Positions 9,601 to 21,709 of a DNA stretch of 64,000 nucleotides are shown in pieces. Every line of letters starts with the position of its first letter. Within the stretch, counting starts at the first letter, position 1. A program made the translations under genes and the position numbers. The notes beneath the pieces were generated by a model that saw nothing but the letters and a program-made list of their open reading frames with translations, had not been told where the DNA came from and ran no database searches. This stretch comes from an uncultured Gammaproteobacteria bacterium. GTDB taxonomy: Bacteria; Pseudomonadota; Gammaproteobacteria; SZUA-229. Where the stretch lies: contig CAWUSX010000022.1 of assembly GCA_963924875.1 (NCBI GenBank), positions 124,129 to 188,128 of the forward strand, given 5' to 3'.

Positions 9601-12201
9601 ATGAGAATGGATAGATTAACCAGCAAGTTTCAAACCGCACTTTCTGAGGCGCAATCGCTTGCTGTTGGACGAGATCACCAATTTATAGAGCCAGTTCACC
9701 TAATGCTGGCCCTGCTTGATCAGGATGGTGGCTCAGTGCGTCACTTACTGACTATGAGTAATGTGAACGTTAATGGCTTGCGTTCAAAGCTTGGCGAAGA
9801 ATTAGAGCATTTACCGCAGGTTGAGGGCAATGCAGGTGATGTTCATTTATCAAATGACCTGTCACGCTTACTTAATGTCACAGACAAGCTTGCTCAAAAA
9901 CGTAAAGATGATTATATCTCCAGTGAGTTGTTTGTGCTGGCCTGCATAGAGGAAGGTTCACGTATTGGTGCTATTTTACGTGAATTTGACGCAGATAAAA
10001 AATCCCTGGAAGAAGCTATCGATAAAGTACGTGGTGGGCAAAAAGTAAATGACCCGAATGCAGAAGACCAGCGTCAGGCATTAGAAAAATATACCGTTGA
10101 TGTAACTGAGCGTGCTGAGCAAGGCAAGCTTGACCCTGTGATTGGACGTGATGAAGAAATCCGTCGTACCATTCAGGTATTACAGCGACGTACTAAAAAT
10201 AATCCAGTGTTAATTGGTGAGCCCGGTGTCGGTAAAACTGCAATTGTTGAAGGTCTGGCGCAGCGTATTGTTAATGGTGAAGTGCCTGAAGGTATAAAAA
10301 ACAAACGCTTATTATCATTGGATTTAGCCGCATTGATTGCGGGTGCAAAATTTCGGGGTGAATTTGAAGAGCGTTTAAAAGCGGTGCTGAACGACCTATC
10401 TAAACAAGAAGGTCAGGTCATTTTATTCATAGATGAAATTCATACTATGGTGGGTGCTGGAAAAGGCGAAGGCGCCATGGATGCGGGTAATATGTTAAAG
10501 CCTGCATTGGCACGTGGCGAATTACATTGCGTGGGTGCAACCACACTGGATGAATATCGAAAGTATATCGAGAAAGATGCAGCTCTGGAGCGACGCTTCC
10601 AAAAAGTTATTGTAGATGAGCCAAGTGTTGAAGATACCATTGCGATATTACGTGGATTAAAAGGTCGTTATGAAGTTCATCATGGTGTAGATATTACTGA
10701 CCCTGCAATTGTTGCGGCGGCGGTTCTTTCGCACCGTTATGTGACTGATCGCCAACTGCCCGATAAGGCAATTGATTTAATTGATGAAGCGGCTAGCCGT
10801 ATTCGTATGGAAATCGATTCTAAACCGGAAGTAATGGATCGTTTAGAAAGACGTTTAATTCAATTAAAAATTGAACGCGAAGCACTAACTAAAGAAAGTG
10901 ATAAAGCATCAATAGAGCGCTTAGCAAAATTGCAAATAGCGATTGATGAATTAGAAATAGAGTATCAGGAACTGGAAGAGGTTTGGGTTTCTGAGAAAGC
11001 CGCATTGCATGGTAGCGCAAGCATTAAAGAAAAACTTGAGCAGTCAAGGCTCGAGCTGGAAACGGCGCGACGTGCGAATGATCTGGCACGTATGTCTGAG
11101 TTGCAATATGGGCGCATTCCAGAGTTAGAAAAACAACTGGATATGGCGTCGCAGGTAGAAATGCAGGAAATGACCTTGTTGCGTAACCGAGTCACTGAAG
11201 AAGAAATTGCTGAGGTGGTATCACGTGCTACCGGTATTCCTGTGGCTAAAATGATGGAAGGCGAAAAAGAAAAGCTACTGCATATGGAAGACGCAATCCG
11301 TAAACAGGTGGTTGGCCAGGAAGAGGCTGTTGCATCTGTATCGAATGCAATACGCCGTTCACGTGCGGGCCTGTCTGATCCCAACAGGCCTAATGGATCG
11401 TTCCTGTTTTTAGGCCCAACTGGTGTCGGTAAAACAGAATTAACCAAGGCCCTGGCCAAATTTTTATTCGATACAGAAGATTCCATGATTCGTATTGATA
11501 TGTCAGAATTTATGGAAAAACATTCGGTGGCACGGCTCATTGGAGCGCCTCCAGGCTATGTTGGTTATGAGGAAGGTGGCTATTTAACCGAAGCGGTAAG
11601 ACGTAAACCTTACTCTATCATCTTGCTGGATGAAGTTGAGAAGGCGCATCCCGATGTATTTAATGTACTGTTGCAGGTATTAGATGATGGTCGTCTTACG
11701 GATGGTCAGGGGCGTACCGTAGATTTTAGAAATACTGTGATTGTGATGACATCTAACCTGGGTTCACAAAAAATACAGGAATTTTCTGGAAAGGATGACT
11801 ATGCAGGAATGAAGGCGGCGGTTATGGAAATTGTTGGCCAGCATTTCAGACCGGAATTTATTAATCGTATTGATGAATCGGTTGTATTCCAGCCATTAGG
11901 GCGTGAGCAAATTCGTGCAATCACTGCCATTCAGATTGAGTATCTACGTCAACGATTACAAGACAAAGATATGGATTTACATTTGAGTGAAGAGGCGTTG
12001 GATAAGTTAGGGGAAGCTGGTTTTGATCCGGTGTACGGCGCAAGACCACTGAAACGAGCCATTCAACAGAGCCTTGAAAATACCTTGGCACAGCAGTTAC
12101 TACAGGGTGACTTCATGCCAGGTGATGTGATTGAAGTGACTTTGGACGGTGATGAATATAAATTTAGTCGTGGCGTTAAATCGGATGAGGTAGCGGCTTA
12201 A
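9601..12201 (+). CDS. clpB: ATP-dependent chaperone ClpB
   Basis: 866 aa with two AAA+ modules (GEPGVGKT and GPTGVGKT) and a coiled-coil middle domain. Confidence 0.95.
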   Translation: MRMDRLTSKFQTALSEAQSLAVGRDHQFIEPVHLMLALLDQDGGSVRHLLTMSNVNVNGLRSKLGEELEHLPQVEGNAGDVHLSNDLSRLLNVTDKLAQKRKDDYISSELFVLACIEEGSRIGAILREFDADKKSLEEAIDKVRGGQKVNDPNAEDQRQALEKYTVDVTERAEQGKLDPVIGRDEEIRRTIQVLQRRTKNNPVLIGEPGVGKTAIVEGLAQRIVNGEVPEGIKNKRLLSLDLAALIAGAKFRGEFEERLKAVLNDLSKQEGQVILFIDEIHTMVGAGKGEGAMDAGNMLKPALARGELHCVGATTLDEYRKYIEKDAALERRFQKVIVDEPSVEDTIAILRGLKGRYEVHHGVDITDPAIVAAAVLSHRYVTDRQLPDKAIDLIDEAASRIRMEIDSKPEVMDRLERRLIQLKIEREALTKESDKASIERLAKLQIAIDELEIEYQELEEVWVSEKAALHGSASIKEKLEQSRLELETARRANDLARMSELQYGRIPELEKQLDMASQVEMQEMTLLRNRVTEEEIAEVVSRATGIPVAKMMEGEKEKLLHMEDAIRKQVVGQEEAVASVSNAIRRSRAGLSDPNRPNGSFLFLGPTGVGKTELTKALAKFLFDTEDSMIRIDMSEFMEKHSVARLIGAPPGYVGYEEGGYLTEAVRRKPYSIILLDEVEKAHPDVFNVLLQVLDDGRLTDGQGRTVDFRNTVIVMTSNLGSQKIQEFSGKDDYAGMKAAVMEIVGQHFRPEFINRIDESVVFQPLGREQIRAITAIQIEYLRQRLQDKDMDLHLSEEALDKLGEAGFDPVYGARPLKRAIQQSLENTLAQQLLQGDFMPGDVIEVTLDGDEYKFSRGVKSDEVAA

Positions 12202-12275
12202 GTTATATGTAACGCTGAATGTTAATTGAAATAAAACAGGGTATGACGTGATACTTGCAGGACGTTAGGCAGGCA

Positions 12276-12560
12276 TTACTCATACCTTTCGTTTTTATTG
12301 AAGTTAACTTTAATATACTCAACCGCAATATCGACAGCTTTATGAGCATCTTCGATCATCTCGGCACGCACAGATTCTTCTAGATAGAACACCATGTCTA
12401 TTTCGTGTCGCATGTAACGAGCGGGTAGTCTGGACAGGGCGTAACAGGCCACATCCAGAAAAAAGTCAGTGGACTTGTCTGGCATATCAGGAATGATTGT
12501 TGTGTGTATATAATCCGTTACCAGATGTTCGTAATAGTTGTGTATGCCGGAAAAATCCAT
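12276..12560 (-). CDS. ComFB-family protein (late competence development protein ComFB-like)
   Basis: 94 aa. ...ALSRLPARYMRHEIDMVFYLEE... parallels the ComFB motif ALNQLPPKYV..ERGEV, but the Cys cluster is absent. Last gene of the purM-purN-DUF3108-yjgA minus-strand string. Confidence 0.5.
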   Translation of the reverse strand: MDFSGIHNYYEHLVTDYIHTTIIPDMPDKSTDFFLDVACYALSRLPARYMRHEIDMVFYLEESVRAEMIEDAHKAVDIAVEYIKVNFNKNERYE

Positions 12561-12590
12561 AAAAAGTATCCATCAATAAAACTATGATAA

Positions 12591-13121
12591 TTATAGACCG
12601 TTTTCGTCGATGTTATATGATTGGTCGACAATCTCGCGTATATATTTAAAGATAGCGCGGAAGGATGCGGCGGGTTTATTGCGCTTTTTTTCCTGAGCCA
12701 CATTGCGTACGAGTTGTCGTAGGTACTGCCTGTCAGCATGAGGATACTCTTCAAGAAAGGCCGTGATGCCATTATCCCCATCATCAATTAGGGTATCACG
12801 CCACTTTTCCATGCGTTTAAATGCCGCACTAAAAATATCATGTTTGTGCAATACGAGATTCAGTTGAGCCGTAAGAGGTTCGATGTCTCTGCCGCGCATA
12901 AGCTTGGCGATATAGTGTTTCTGACGCTTTAATGCACCGTGTGATTTTATTCTCTGGCCTTCTTCAAATGCATGGCGTAACTCATCATCCATATTAAACT
13001 GCGCGAGCTCATCTTTGGTTAGGGCAAGTATTTTTTCACCTAGTTCAAGCGTGTCATCGCAATCTTTTTTGCGTGACGTCCGGCTAATGTAATTGCCGTC
13101 ATCATCATATAAATCAGTCAT
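12591..13121 (-). CDS. yjgA: ribosome-associated protein YjgA/DarP (DUF615)
   Basis: 176 aa charged protein with a typical UPF0307 sequence (KRQKHYIAKLMR...). Confidence 0.75.
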   Translation of the reverse strand: MTDLYDDDGNYISRTSRKKDCDDTLELGEKILALTKDELAQFNMDDELRHAFEEGQRIKSHGALKRQKHYIAKLMRGRDIEPLTAQLNLVLHKHDIFSAAFKRMEKWRDTLIDDGDNGITAFLEEYPHADRQYLRQLVRNVAQEKKRNKPAASFRAIFKYIREIVDQSYNIDENGL

Positions 13122-13132
13122 ATTGAAATCTT

Positions 13133-13906
13133 TTATTTAAGTCGCTTATATTGTTTAAGCGTCATGCTAACGTTTAGTTCATCGTCTTTGTACTGCTCTA
13201 TCCTTAGAGGTAAATAATCGAAGCTCTTTGCAAGCCATACATAGGTGAATCGGTTGCTACCCTGGCTGGTTATTTTAAATTTCAGGCACGGCTGTGTTTT
13301 ACCGTCAAAATCTATGGAGTCATGGCTTACAATAGTGAAGGCGTAATTTTCCAGCTCGTTTTTATCGATAGTTAGAAGGCTGTCGCCTGTGGTTTTATCA
13401 TTTTTTAGTAAATAACTGCTCATTAAAATAGGCAGTAATTGACGTGACCAGACATTTTTTTCGGCCGTTAATGTAACAGATTTATTTTTGTATGAGCTGG
13501 ATATGTCAACGTGATTCATAGTGGGCCAGTTGAAAGAAATTTTCTGGTCCTTTTTTGTCTTTTTTGTATGCTGCAGGGTGTAGCTGGTTTGTTGCGGCGA
13601 TTTTATTGTGTCGTCGCCAGGCCAGTATAACTGGCTGGTTTCTGCAATGGTTTCTTTATAAAGAAGTGCGGCAAAACCCGTTGCTATTGCTTCGGAGGTG
13701 AAGTTGATCTGCTGATCATGGTATTGAAAATTATTTGTTATTTCCCCAACCACAGTTCCATATTTTGTAACGTCGTAGATAGTTTGGTGATTTTCAGGCA
13801 GAGGAAAATCACTAGCCGCAAAGCTATTGCTGGTAACTAACAATAGCAGGCCGATGCTTAAAATACGCAAAGGTTGAGTTATGTAATAAGTTGCTTGTTG
13901 ATCCAT
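13133..13906 (-). CDS. DUF3108-domain secreted protein
   Basis: Signal peptide. Position immediately downstream of purN (28-nt overlap), as for DUF3108 genes in Pseudomonas-type pur loci. Domain assignment from memory. Confidence 0.55.
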   Translation of the reverse strand: MDQQATYYITQPLRILSIGLLLLVTSNSFAASDFPLPENHQTIYDVTKYGTVVGEITNNFQYHDQQINFTSEAIATGFAALLYKETIAETSQLYWPGDDTIKSPQQTSYTLQHTKKTKKDQKISFNWPTMNHVDISSSYKNKSVTLTAEKNVWSRQLLPILMSSYLLKNDKTTGDSLLTIDKNELENYAFTIVSHDSIDFDGKTQPCLKFKITSQGSNRFTYVWLAKSFDYLPLRIEQYKDDELNVSMTLKQYKRLK

Positions 13907-14544
13907 TTTGCCGGGCTTGTCAGTCTTTGTTTGTTTAGGTAAACCTGCTGGTCAATTATTTCTAGTTGGTGCTGTGCTATCCATTCAATAACCATAGGAT
14001 AGATTACATGCTCCAGACTATGAATGCGTTGTTGCAGTGACTCAATTGTGTCACCGGTCTGTACATCCATCACTGCCTGTAAGACTACAGGGCCACCATC
14101 GAGTTCATTGCTTACATAATGAACGCTTACACCATGTTGACTAACTTTGGCCTCTAATGCGCGTTGATGGGTGTTAAGACCTTTAAATTCGGGTAGTAAT
14201 GAAGGATGAATATTTAGCATTCGGCCATCGTAATGAGCCACAAATTCATCCGTGAGTATGCGCATAAAACCCGCTAATATAATGAGCTGCGGCTGGTATT
14301 GATCAATCGTGTGCATGAGTTGCTGATCAAACTCTGCACGGTTTTCAAATTTGGTATGGTCAAATGTGTGAGTAGCAATGCCCGCCAATTTGGCTCGTTC
14401 AAGCCCTTTAACATTAGGACGGTTGCTTATAACTGCACTGATTTTGGCGTGTAACTTACCTGCATTAATAGCATCTATTATTGCCTGTAAGTTGCTGCCG
14501 CTGCCGGAAATTAATACGACAATATTTAATGGAGGTGTATGCAT
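13879..14544 (-). CDS. purN: phosphoribosylglycinamide formyltransferase
   Basis: IVVLISGSGSNLQAI and the formyltransferase core. Confidence 0.9.
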   Translation of the reverse strand: MHTPPLNIVVLISGSGSNLQAIIDAINAGKLHAKISAVISNRPNVKGLERAKLAGIATHTFDHTKFENRAEFDQQLMHTIDQYQPQLIILAGFMRILTDEFVAHYDGRMLNIHPSLLPEFKGLNTHQRALEAKVSQHGVSVHYVSNELDGGPVVLQAVMDVQTGDTIESLQQRIHSLEHVIYPMVIEWIAQHQLEIIDQQVYLNKQRLTSPAKWINKQLIT

Positions 14545-14569
14545 CTAAACGCTGTAGTTAAATTGAAAT

Positions 14570-15628
14570 TTATTCAACAATAACGTCAGCATCACCTGTG
14601 GAACTGGTTATTTCACCCAGTTTAAAGGCTTTTTCACCGGCTTTATTCAGTGTTTCGATAGCAGTGTCTGCATCTTCAGCGTTTACTACGATAACCATGC
14701 CGACACCACAGTTAAAGGTGCGGTACATTTCTTGAGAGTCGATATTGCCCTGCTCTTGCAGCCACTTAAATACCGCGGGTAATTCCCAGCTAGCGGCATC
14801 AATTTGCGCGCGGGTATTTTTAGGCATTACACGCGGCAAGTTTTCCAGTAAACCACCGCCGGTAATATGTGACATGGCATGCACATCAACTTGCTCAAGT
14901 AGTGCGTGAATGCTTTTCACGTAAATGCGTGTTGGCGTTAGCAGGGCCTCGCCTAATGATTGCTCACCGCAGGCCTGGTTCAAATCAGCGCCGCTGACTT
15001 CCAGGACTTTGCGGATTAATGAGTAACCATTTGAATGTGGGCCAGAAGAAGCAATACCAATAAGGGCATCGCCAGCGGCTACTTTAGTGCTATCAATAAT
15101 CTGGTCTTTTTCGACAATGCCTACGCAGAAGCCGGCCAAATCGTAATCGCCCTTGCTGTACATGCCGGGCATTTCGGCGGTTTCACCACCGGTAAGTGCG
15201 GCACCCGCTTGATGACAGCCTTCTGCAATACCTTTAATAACATCTGCGGCAACGGCATTATCTAGCTTGCCGGTTGCGTAGTAATCCAGAAAGTATAGAG
15301 GCTCTGCACCTAAGACCAGTATGTCGTTCACGCACATGGCAACTAAATCGATGCCAATGGTGTCGTGCTTGTTCATCTGATTTGCCAGTTTAAGCTTGGT
15401 ACCTACACCGTCTGTGCCCGATACCAGTACGGGTTTTTTATAGCGATCGAGAGGAATTTCAAACAATGCGCCAAATCCGCCCAGCCCACCGATTACTTCG
15501 GGGCGCATGGTGCGAGCTACATGTGGTTTGATATCTTCTACAAACTGGTTGCCTGCATCGATATCGACACCTGCATCGCGGTAGCTAAGAGATTGATTGG
15601 TGGATTTTTTTGAGTCAGTTTGAGACAT
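14570..15628 (-). CDS. purM: phosphoribosylformylglycinamidine cyclo-ligase (AIR synthetase)
   Basis: [15 protein letters not shown] with PurM N- and C-terminal domains. An ATG start at 15628 or 15646 is preferred over the GTG at 15649. Confidence 0.9.
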   Translation of the reverse strand: MSQTDSKKSTNQSLSYRDAGVDIDAGNQFVEDIKPHVARTMRPEVIGGLGGFGALFEIPLDRYKKPVLVSGTDGVGTKLKLANQMNKHDTIGIDLVAMCVNDILVLGAEPLYFLDYYATGKLDNAVAADVIKGIAEGCHQAGAALTGGETAEMPGMYSKGDYDLAGFCVGIVEKDQIIDSTKVAAGDALIGIASSGPHSNGYSLIRKVLEVSGADLNQACGEQSLGEALLTPTRIYVKSIHALLEQVDVHAMSHITGGGLLENLPRVMPKNTRAQIDAASWELPAVFKWLQEQGNIDSQEMYRTFNCGVGMVIVVNAEDADTAIETLNKAGEKAFKLGEITSSTGDADVIVE

Positions 15629-15694
15629 TACGAACCTGATAAGCATCACGATTAAAAGATGTGGTATTGTACATCTTCCGAGCCTAGTCCACGA

Positions 15695-16819
15695 ATGAAA
15701 ATGAACCGCAAATCGCTTTTTTTCAGCACAATTTTACTTTTAGTTATATCTGTGAAGCTGCAGGCAACAGATATAAAGCATATGTATGAAGCTAGTCTAC
15801 CCGTAGTAAGCCAGGACATCGATATCCGTAAAGCCGCGTTTGAACAGGCTTTAATCGAGGTTGCAGTGCGCGTTTCGGGTACCAGTCTGGCGCCAACACA
15901 ATTCAATTTATCCGATGCAGGACGGCTGATTAGCCAATATCGCTATCGCGCATTAAGCGATTTTGAAATAAATACCAATGCTGAAAAAGCACCTACCCTG
16001 GTACAGCCTAAATATAAGCTGTGGGTTCAATTTGATGAAAATAAGCTTAAACAATTGTTACATGACAATGGGTTGCCACTTTGGGGCTATCAGCGGCCGA
16101 ATGTACTGGTGTGGCTGGCGGTTAAGGATGGGCGTAATCGATATTTGTTAAAGCGTGCAGATCAGTCACAAATAAAAAATGTTATGGAACAAGGTGCTGA
16201 ACGACGTGGTTTACCCATTATTTGGCCGGAATATAATGCAGCAGATCAGCGCTTAATCGAGTTCACTGATGTCTGGGGACAGTTTTGGGAGCCAATAAAA
16301 CAGGCCAGCGAGCGTTATGCTGCCAATGCTGTTCTCTTAGGGCGTATGAACTGGAACCAGGGAAGTTGGCAAGTAGACTGGTCTTTGATGCAGGCCGATA
16401 AAATTGAGAACTGGAGCGTGAATGCCGATGATTTAGCATTATTAACAAGCAGTGGCATTGGCATCGCAACGGATAGTATTTCAAGTCGTTTTGCGGTGTT
16501 TGCAGATAGTTTTAATGATGCTGGCTTAATTGTGCGCGTGAGCAATTTGGATAATGTGAAAAAATATTCACAAGCCGCTCACTATTTGGCCTCATTGGCA
16601 CCGGTCAAAAATGTATATGCCAGAGAGGTCAATAAACAGCAGGTTGATTTTTATATTGATCTGAATGGTGACGAGAATGATTTGCGGCGTATTATTGCAC
16701 TGGGAAAGGTGTTAACCGTGGATACCCGCGCAGAGTCAATCGACGAGGTTAGTAAAACATCACGTAATAGTGAACACGATATTATGCCTGTAGTCCTGCG
16801 TTATAATTTGGGTAAATGA
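15695..16819 (+). CDS. DUF2066-domain secreted protein
   Basis: Signal peptide [24 protein letters not shown]. Divergent from purM and followed by AI-2E permease and hda, the arrangement seen for DUF2066 genes. Assignment from memory. Confidence 0.55.
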   Translation: MKMNRKSLFFSTILLLVISVKLQATDIKHMYEASLPVVSQDIDIRKAAFEQALIEVAVRVSGTSLAPTQFNLSDAGRLISQYRYRALSDFEINTNAEKAPTLVQPKYKLWVQFDENKLKQLLHDNGLPLWGYQRPNVLVWLAVKDGRNRYLLKRADQSQIKNVMEQGAERRGLPIIWPEYNAADQRLIEFTDVWGQFWEPIKQASERYAANAVLLGRMNWNQGSWQVDWSLMQADKIENWSVNADDLALLTSSGIGIATDSISSRFAVFADSFNDAGLIVRVSNLDNVKKYSQAAHYLASLAPVKNVYAREVNKQQVDFYIDLNGDENDLRRIIALGKVLTVDTRAESIDEVSKTSRNSEHDIMPVVLRYNLGK

Positions 16820-16829
16820 GTCCTTTAAT

Positions 16830-17894
16830 ATGGCGTCTTTGAGTGATTCACAAAAATGGATGTTTTTACTTGGAACATTAACGCTGCTATTTGCCCTGTA
16901 TTTATTGGCGCCGGTACTTACGCCTTTTTTTGCGGCTGCTTTGTTAGCCTATCTGGGCGATCCGCTTGCCGATAAACTAGAGCAAAAATTGCCCCGTAGT
17001 TTGGCTGTAAGCATTGTGTTTGTTGTATTGTTTTCCAGCTTAACGATTGTAGCGCTATTAATTTTTCCATTATTGGCTCAGCAACTAAGCTATTTGTTCT
17101 CAAACATGCCTGCGTATATTGATAATATTCAGCAAAATTTTGTACCTATGGTGGCGCAAAAACTGGGTATTAATATTAGTCATATCAATTTCGATTTTAT
17201 TAAAAAACTATTCACTACACATTATGCAGAGGCCGGCGGTATAGTGACCCAGATCGTGTCCTCGATTGCTGCGTCAGGCATGGTTGTTGTTGCATTATTT
17301 GCCAATTTACTACTCATCCCGGTCGTTACATTTTATTTATTGCGAGATTGGGATAAATTAATTGCGCGTATTGATGAGCTGCTTCCACGGAAATATCAGC
17401 CCGTGATTATGAAGTTGGCAAAACAATCTGACGATGTTCTGGCGGCATTCATACGCGGTCAATTTTTAGTTATGTTAGTGCTCGGTGTAGTGTATTCCAG
17501 TGGTTTATGGTTTATTGATATAGAACTGGCGTTGTTAATTGGTATGTTGGCAGGTCTTGTGAGCTTTGTTCCTTACTTAGGATTTATTGTTGGCATACTT
17601 GTGGCGAGTATCGCCGTTTTATTGCAAACGCAGGATGCAATGATGCTGATCCCCGTGTTTATTGTATTTGGGGTTGGGCAGGCATTAGAGGGGATGGTGC
17701 TTACACCATTGTTGGTCGGTGATAAAATTGGTTTGCATCCCGTTGCTGTGATTTTTGCGGTATTAGCAGGTGGTCAGTTGTTTGGTTTTGTTGGTGTGCT
17801 ACTGGCATTGCCAGTAGCTGCTGTATTGGCTGTACTGCTCAGGCACCTGCACAGTGAATATAAATCCAGCGCAATTTTTAATAATACTCCTTAG
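16830..17894 (+). CDS. AI-2E family transporter (PerM-like permease)
   Basis: 354 aa with about 8 TM helices and a typical AI-2E topology and sequence. Confidence 0.8.
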   Translation: MASLSDSQKWMFLLGTLTLLFALYLLAPVLTPFFAAALLAYLGDPLADKLEQKLPRSLAVSIVFVVLFSSLTIVALLIFPLLAQQLSYLFSNMPAYIDNIQQNFVPMVAQKLGINISHINFDFIKKLFTTHYAEAGGIVTQIVSSIAASGMVVVALFANLLLIPVVTFYLLRDWDKLIARIDELLPRKYQPVIMKLAKQSDDVLAAFIRGQFLVMLVLGVVYSSGLWFIDIELALLIGMLAGLVSFVPYLGFIVGILVASIAVLLQTQDAMMLIPVFIVFGVGQALEGMVLTPLLVGDKIGLHPVAVIFAVLAGGQLFGFVGVLLALPVAAVLAVLLRHLHSEYKSSAIFNNTP

Positions 17895-17910
17895 TGGTTT
17901 CTATTGATTC

Positions 17911-18600
17911 ATGTATACCCAATTAACCTTAGATTTGCAGTTAAAGGACAGTTTTACTTTTGATAATATTGTAAACGGTGAAAATAAACTGCTAATCGAT
18001 TTATTACAAAGTCCAAATTTAAATACTGAAAAACAGCTTTATATTTGGGGCGCTCACAATACGGGTAAAACACATTTAGCACAGGCTCTGTGTCAGAATC
18101 TTTCGCAACAAAATAAAAGCGTTAGTTATTTGCCATTAAAGCAACTCATTGAATATTCTCCTGAAGTATTTCAAGGACAGGAAGCAATGGATGTTTGTTG
18201 CATAGATGACGTACAGCTCTTGCAAAACAAGAAAGACTGGCAAGAGGCGTTATTTGATTTAATTAATCGCAGCAGAGAAAATAATAAGCAGTTAATTTTT
18301 ACCGCCGATCAGCCGCCTTCCGACATTAAAATTCAACTTAAAGATTTAATGTCGCGGCTGCAGTGGGGGCCAGTGTTCAAATTGCTTGAGTTAAATGATG
18401 CGCAGAAGTGTGAGGCATTGCAACAACGTGCAGATGCGCGAGGTTTTGAGCTTGCAGATAATGTAGCGAGTTACTTATTGAATAATTATAATCGCGATAT
18501 GGCTGATTTATTTGAAATGTTGGATGCATTAGATAAAGCGCAGCTACAACAGCATCGTCGTTTAACAATACCCTTTGTTAAAAGTGTTCTTTCAGATTGA
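17911..18600 (+). CDS. hda: DnaA regulatory inactivator Hda
   Basis: FTFDNIVNGENKLL...LYIWGAHNTGKTHLAQALC, a DnaA-like AAA+ domain about 229 aa long. Confidence 0.8.
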   Translation: MYTQLTLDLQLKDSFTFDNIVNGENKLLIDLLQSPNLNTEKQLYIWGAHNTGKTHLAQALCQNLSQQNKSVSYLPLKQLIEYSPEVFQGQEAMDVCCIDDVQLLQNKKDWQEALFDLINRSRENNKQLIFTADQPPSDIKIQLKDLMSRLQWGPVFKLLELNDAQKCEALQQRADARGFELADNVASYLLNNYNRDMADLFEMLDALDKAQLQQHRRLTIPFVKSVLSD

Positions 18601-18682
18601 ATGTGTTTGATACACTGAGCAGTATAATAAATAGATTTAGCTTTCAGTTAATTCGAACTTACTGATTCTATAGCATCAAATA

Positions 18683-18718
18683 GACAGGGTTCATCTATGA
18701 TGAATAGAGGTCCTGTCT
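18683..18718. terminator. putative bidirectional hairpin between convergent hda and DUF3530 genes
   Basis: AGACAGG...CCTGTCT stem with a nested CATCtatGATG. Weak T tracts. Confidence 0.35.
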
Positions 18719-19513
18719 TTAAAGTGTATCCAGCCAGTCGGCGATTTCCTCTAACAACGCCTTTCCACGGTTGGTGAAATAATGATCCGACTTAGGCACC
18801 ATTCGTTGAGCAGATTTAGAATTGCCAGCTTGGCGCATATTTTTTAATCGCTGAGGCGCTTTTGCAATGACAGCGGGATAATCATTTTCACCACGAATAT
18901 CTAAGATTGGAATTTTTATGTCCTCTAATGGAAAAGGTTCAAGCATTGGTTGACCGATATCAGTTGATCCCATACCTATACCAATAAATGCATTAACACC
19001 TGCATTAGGGTGCTTATGTAACCAGTCAACGGCCATGTGCACGCTGCAGCTATGAGCAAGCAAAATAATATTCTTTATATCTTTCTGTTGTAAAAATGTG
19101 ATGGCGGCTTCGATGCGAGGCTGTGTTTCTTCTTTAATATTCAAGTAATCATAAAAACTGGCGTCATTGCTCAATACTGGGACTTGTATTGATAACGTAT
19201 GCCAGCCAAATTCGGGCAATCCAGTGCGTAATGGATAAACGACCTCTGCCCAGTTAGGGTGATGCCCCCGGCCATGCATAATGATGACGGCACCCTTTGC
19301 TGTGTCTAAGTCTGATTCGGTATAAATAGATAAAAAGTCATGTCGAGCCACGGCATCGTGTAGCATGATTGCTTCACCATCCATGATGTAGTCAATAATT
19401 TCCTCTTTCATACGAATTTCTTTTTGCAGATCGGAGGCGTAAGTGAGCGGACTGAGTGATATCAGCAGAGCGGTACTAAGAATATATAATTGGTAGCGAA
19501 AATGGGTAAACAT
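18719..19513 (-). CDS. secreted alpha/beta-hydrolase-fold protein (DUF3530-like)
   Basis: Signal peptide, HGRGHHP and LLAHSCS (nucleophile-elbow-like). Confidence 0.5.
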   Translation of the reverse strand: MFTHFRYQLYILSTALLISLSPLTYASDLQKEIRMKEEIIDYIMDGEAIMLHDAVARHDFLSIYTESDLDTAKGAVIIMHGRGHHPNWAEVVYPLRTGLPEFGWHTLSIQVPVLSNDASFYDYLNIKEETQPRIEAAITFLQQKDIKNIILLAHSCSVHMAVDWLHKHPNAGVNAFIGIGMGSTDIGQPMLEPFPLEDIKIPILDIRGENDYPAVIAKAPQRLKNMRQAGNSKSAQRMVPKSDHYFTNRGKALLEEIADWLDTL

Positions 19514-19610
19514 TCTATTTATCTGTAGTGAGCTAACAGAAGTTTAGTTGTAATTATACAGAATCGCAGGTGTATTTTTTATCACCTTTGCCCAGGTGTG
19601 TAGCTGGGTA

Positions 19611-20042
19611 CTAATCAGACGTTGAAAGTGCTTCTGATTCAACCAGAGGAAACATTTTTTCAGTTTCAAATTTAATGCGTTGTCTTACCTTGTTTAATAT
19701 CTCTGGCGTTTGCTCACAAAAAGCCTGCTGATGATGTTCGGCACCAGACGCCTTGCACCAGAGCTTTACGTAGTCAGAAAATTCTTTTCGCACAGCTTTG
19801 GTAGTAGTGTGAAAGCTTTCAGCCAGTTTACTGATATCTGGATTATGATGCCTGGCGAGCTCGCTATAAAGTGAGTTATCTTCAAATACCAGATGCATCC
19901 ACACTTTCTCGTTGAATCGGCAAACCAAATCGCACACAAACGGGTTATTAACCAGGCGCTTGTCATTAATTAATACGTCCAGTACATCAGCTAAATCACT
20001 AATTTCCTGATTCTGTTTTTTTAACTCGCCGAGAGTGTACAT
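19611..20042 (-). CDS. hypothetical protein, possible hemerythrin-like fold
   Basis: 143 aa with spaced His/Glu/Asp residues (WMHLVFED, ARHHNPD, FHTT, AEHHQQ) reminiscent of hemerythrin H-HxxxE-H-HxxxxD ligands. Weak. Confidence 0.35.
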   Translation of the reverse strand: MYTLGELKKQNQEISDLADVLDVLINDKRLVNNPFVCDLVCRFNEKVWMHLVFEDNSLYSELARHHNPDISKLAESFHTTTKAVRKEFSDYVKLWCKASGAEHHQQAFCEQTPEILNKVRQRIKFETEKMFPLVESEALSTSD

Positions 20043-20163
20043 GGTAGTGCTCCAGTAAATGTTTATTAGCTAGCTGAAGTATAGGTTAGCGCTGTTGCCC
20101 AAAGAGATACTGATACAGATCAATTAAGCAAAGCTAATTAATCTCTATCAAGAAAATTAATAA

Positions 20164-20547
20164 CTAACTTCCAGAATCCGATTCAGCTTCACGTAATGCA
20201 TTTTCAGCCATACCCTGAAAACGCGTATAGAGCATGGTGCCTATAAAAAACATAACACTTAATGTGCTAAAGCCGATGCCAAAACCACGTGTGCTTATAT
20301 CGCCGGCATACCAAATGCCGCAAACAAAATAAAACAAGGCTAGATACATTGCCCAGGCATGGGTATAAACCCGGCCATGTAATATGCCGCGTAGTGGAAA
20401 CAGTAAAGGGCCTACCTGTATTAATAAGGTCATGGATACAAATTTTGCTTCAATCGGAACAATGAGTAGGTGCCACAGTGGAATAAATATCATCAGGCCA
20501 AAAAAGCCGAGTAAGGTTAGGGTTCTTGCTAGTTGTATTTTATTCAT
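20164..20547 (-). CDS. DUF2069 membrane protein
   Basis: 127 aa with 4 TM helices. Located next to wrbA and arsC, as DUF2069 genes typically are. Confidence 0.55.
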   Translation of the reverse strand: MNKIQLARTLTLLGFFGLMIFIPLWHLLIVPIEAKFVSMTLLIQVGPLLFPLRGILHGRVYTHAWAMYLALFYFVCGIWYAGDISTRGFGIGFSTLSVMFFIGTMLYTRFQGMAENALREAESDSGS

Positions 20548-20558
20548 AACCGTCTATT

Positions 20559-21507
<949 letters not shown>

Positions 21508-21630
21508 ATGCATACCTTAAAAGTAAATTACTATTGAAGGGGCGAAAGAATAGCTTATTTATAGGGCTATTGGCAAAGAGGAAGTTATTCACACATGTTA
21601 AAAGAAACATCGTCTATTTGCCAGATTAGC

Positions 21631-21659
21631 TTGACACTTAGGCATCTCATTGCTAATTT
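21631..21659 (+). promoter_or_regulatory. candidate sigma-70 promoter for the LysM lipoprotein gene
   Basis: TTGACA, then 17 nt, then TAATTT, about 50 nt upstream of the ATG at 21710. Confidence 0.35.
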
Positions 21660-21709
21660 CTTCTTAATAGAAGATATTAACGAACATTAATGCATCGGGG
21701 ACGATCAAC

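Noticed and set aside
10965-11540. 191-aa minus-strand ORF inside clpB
   Set aside because: Ser-rich antisense shadow of a highly conserved clpB region. No start context.
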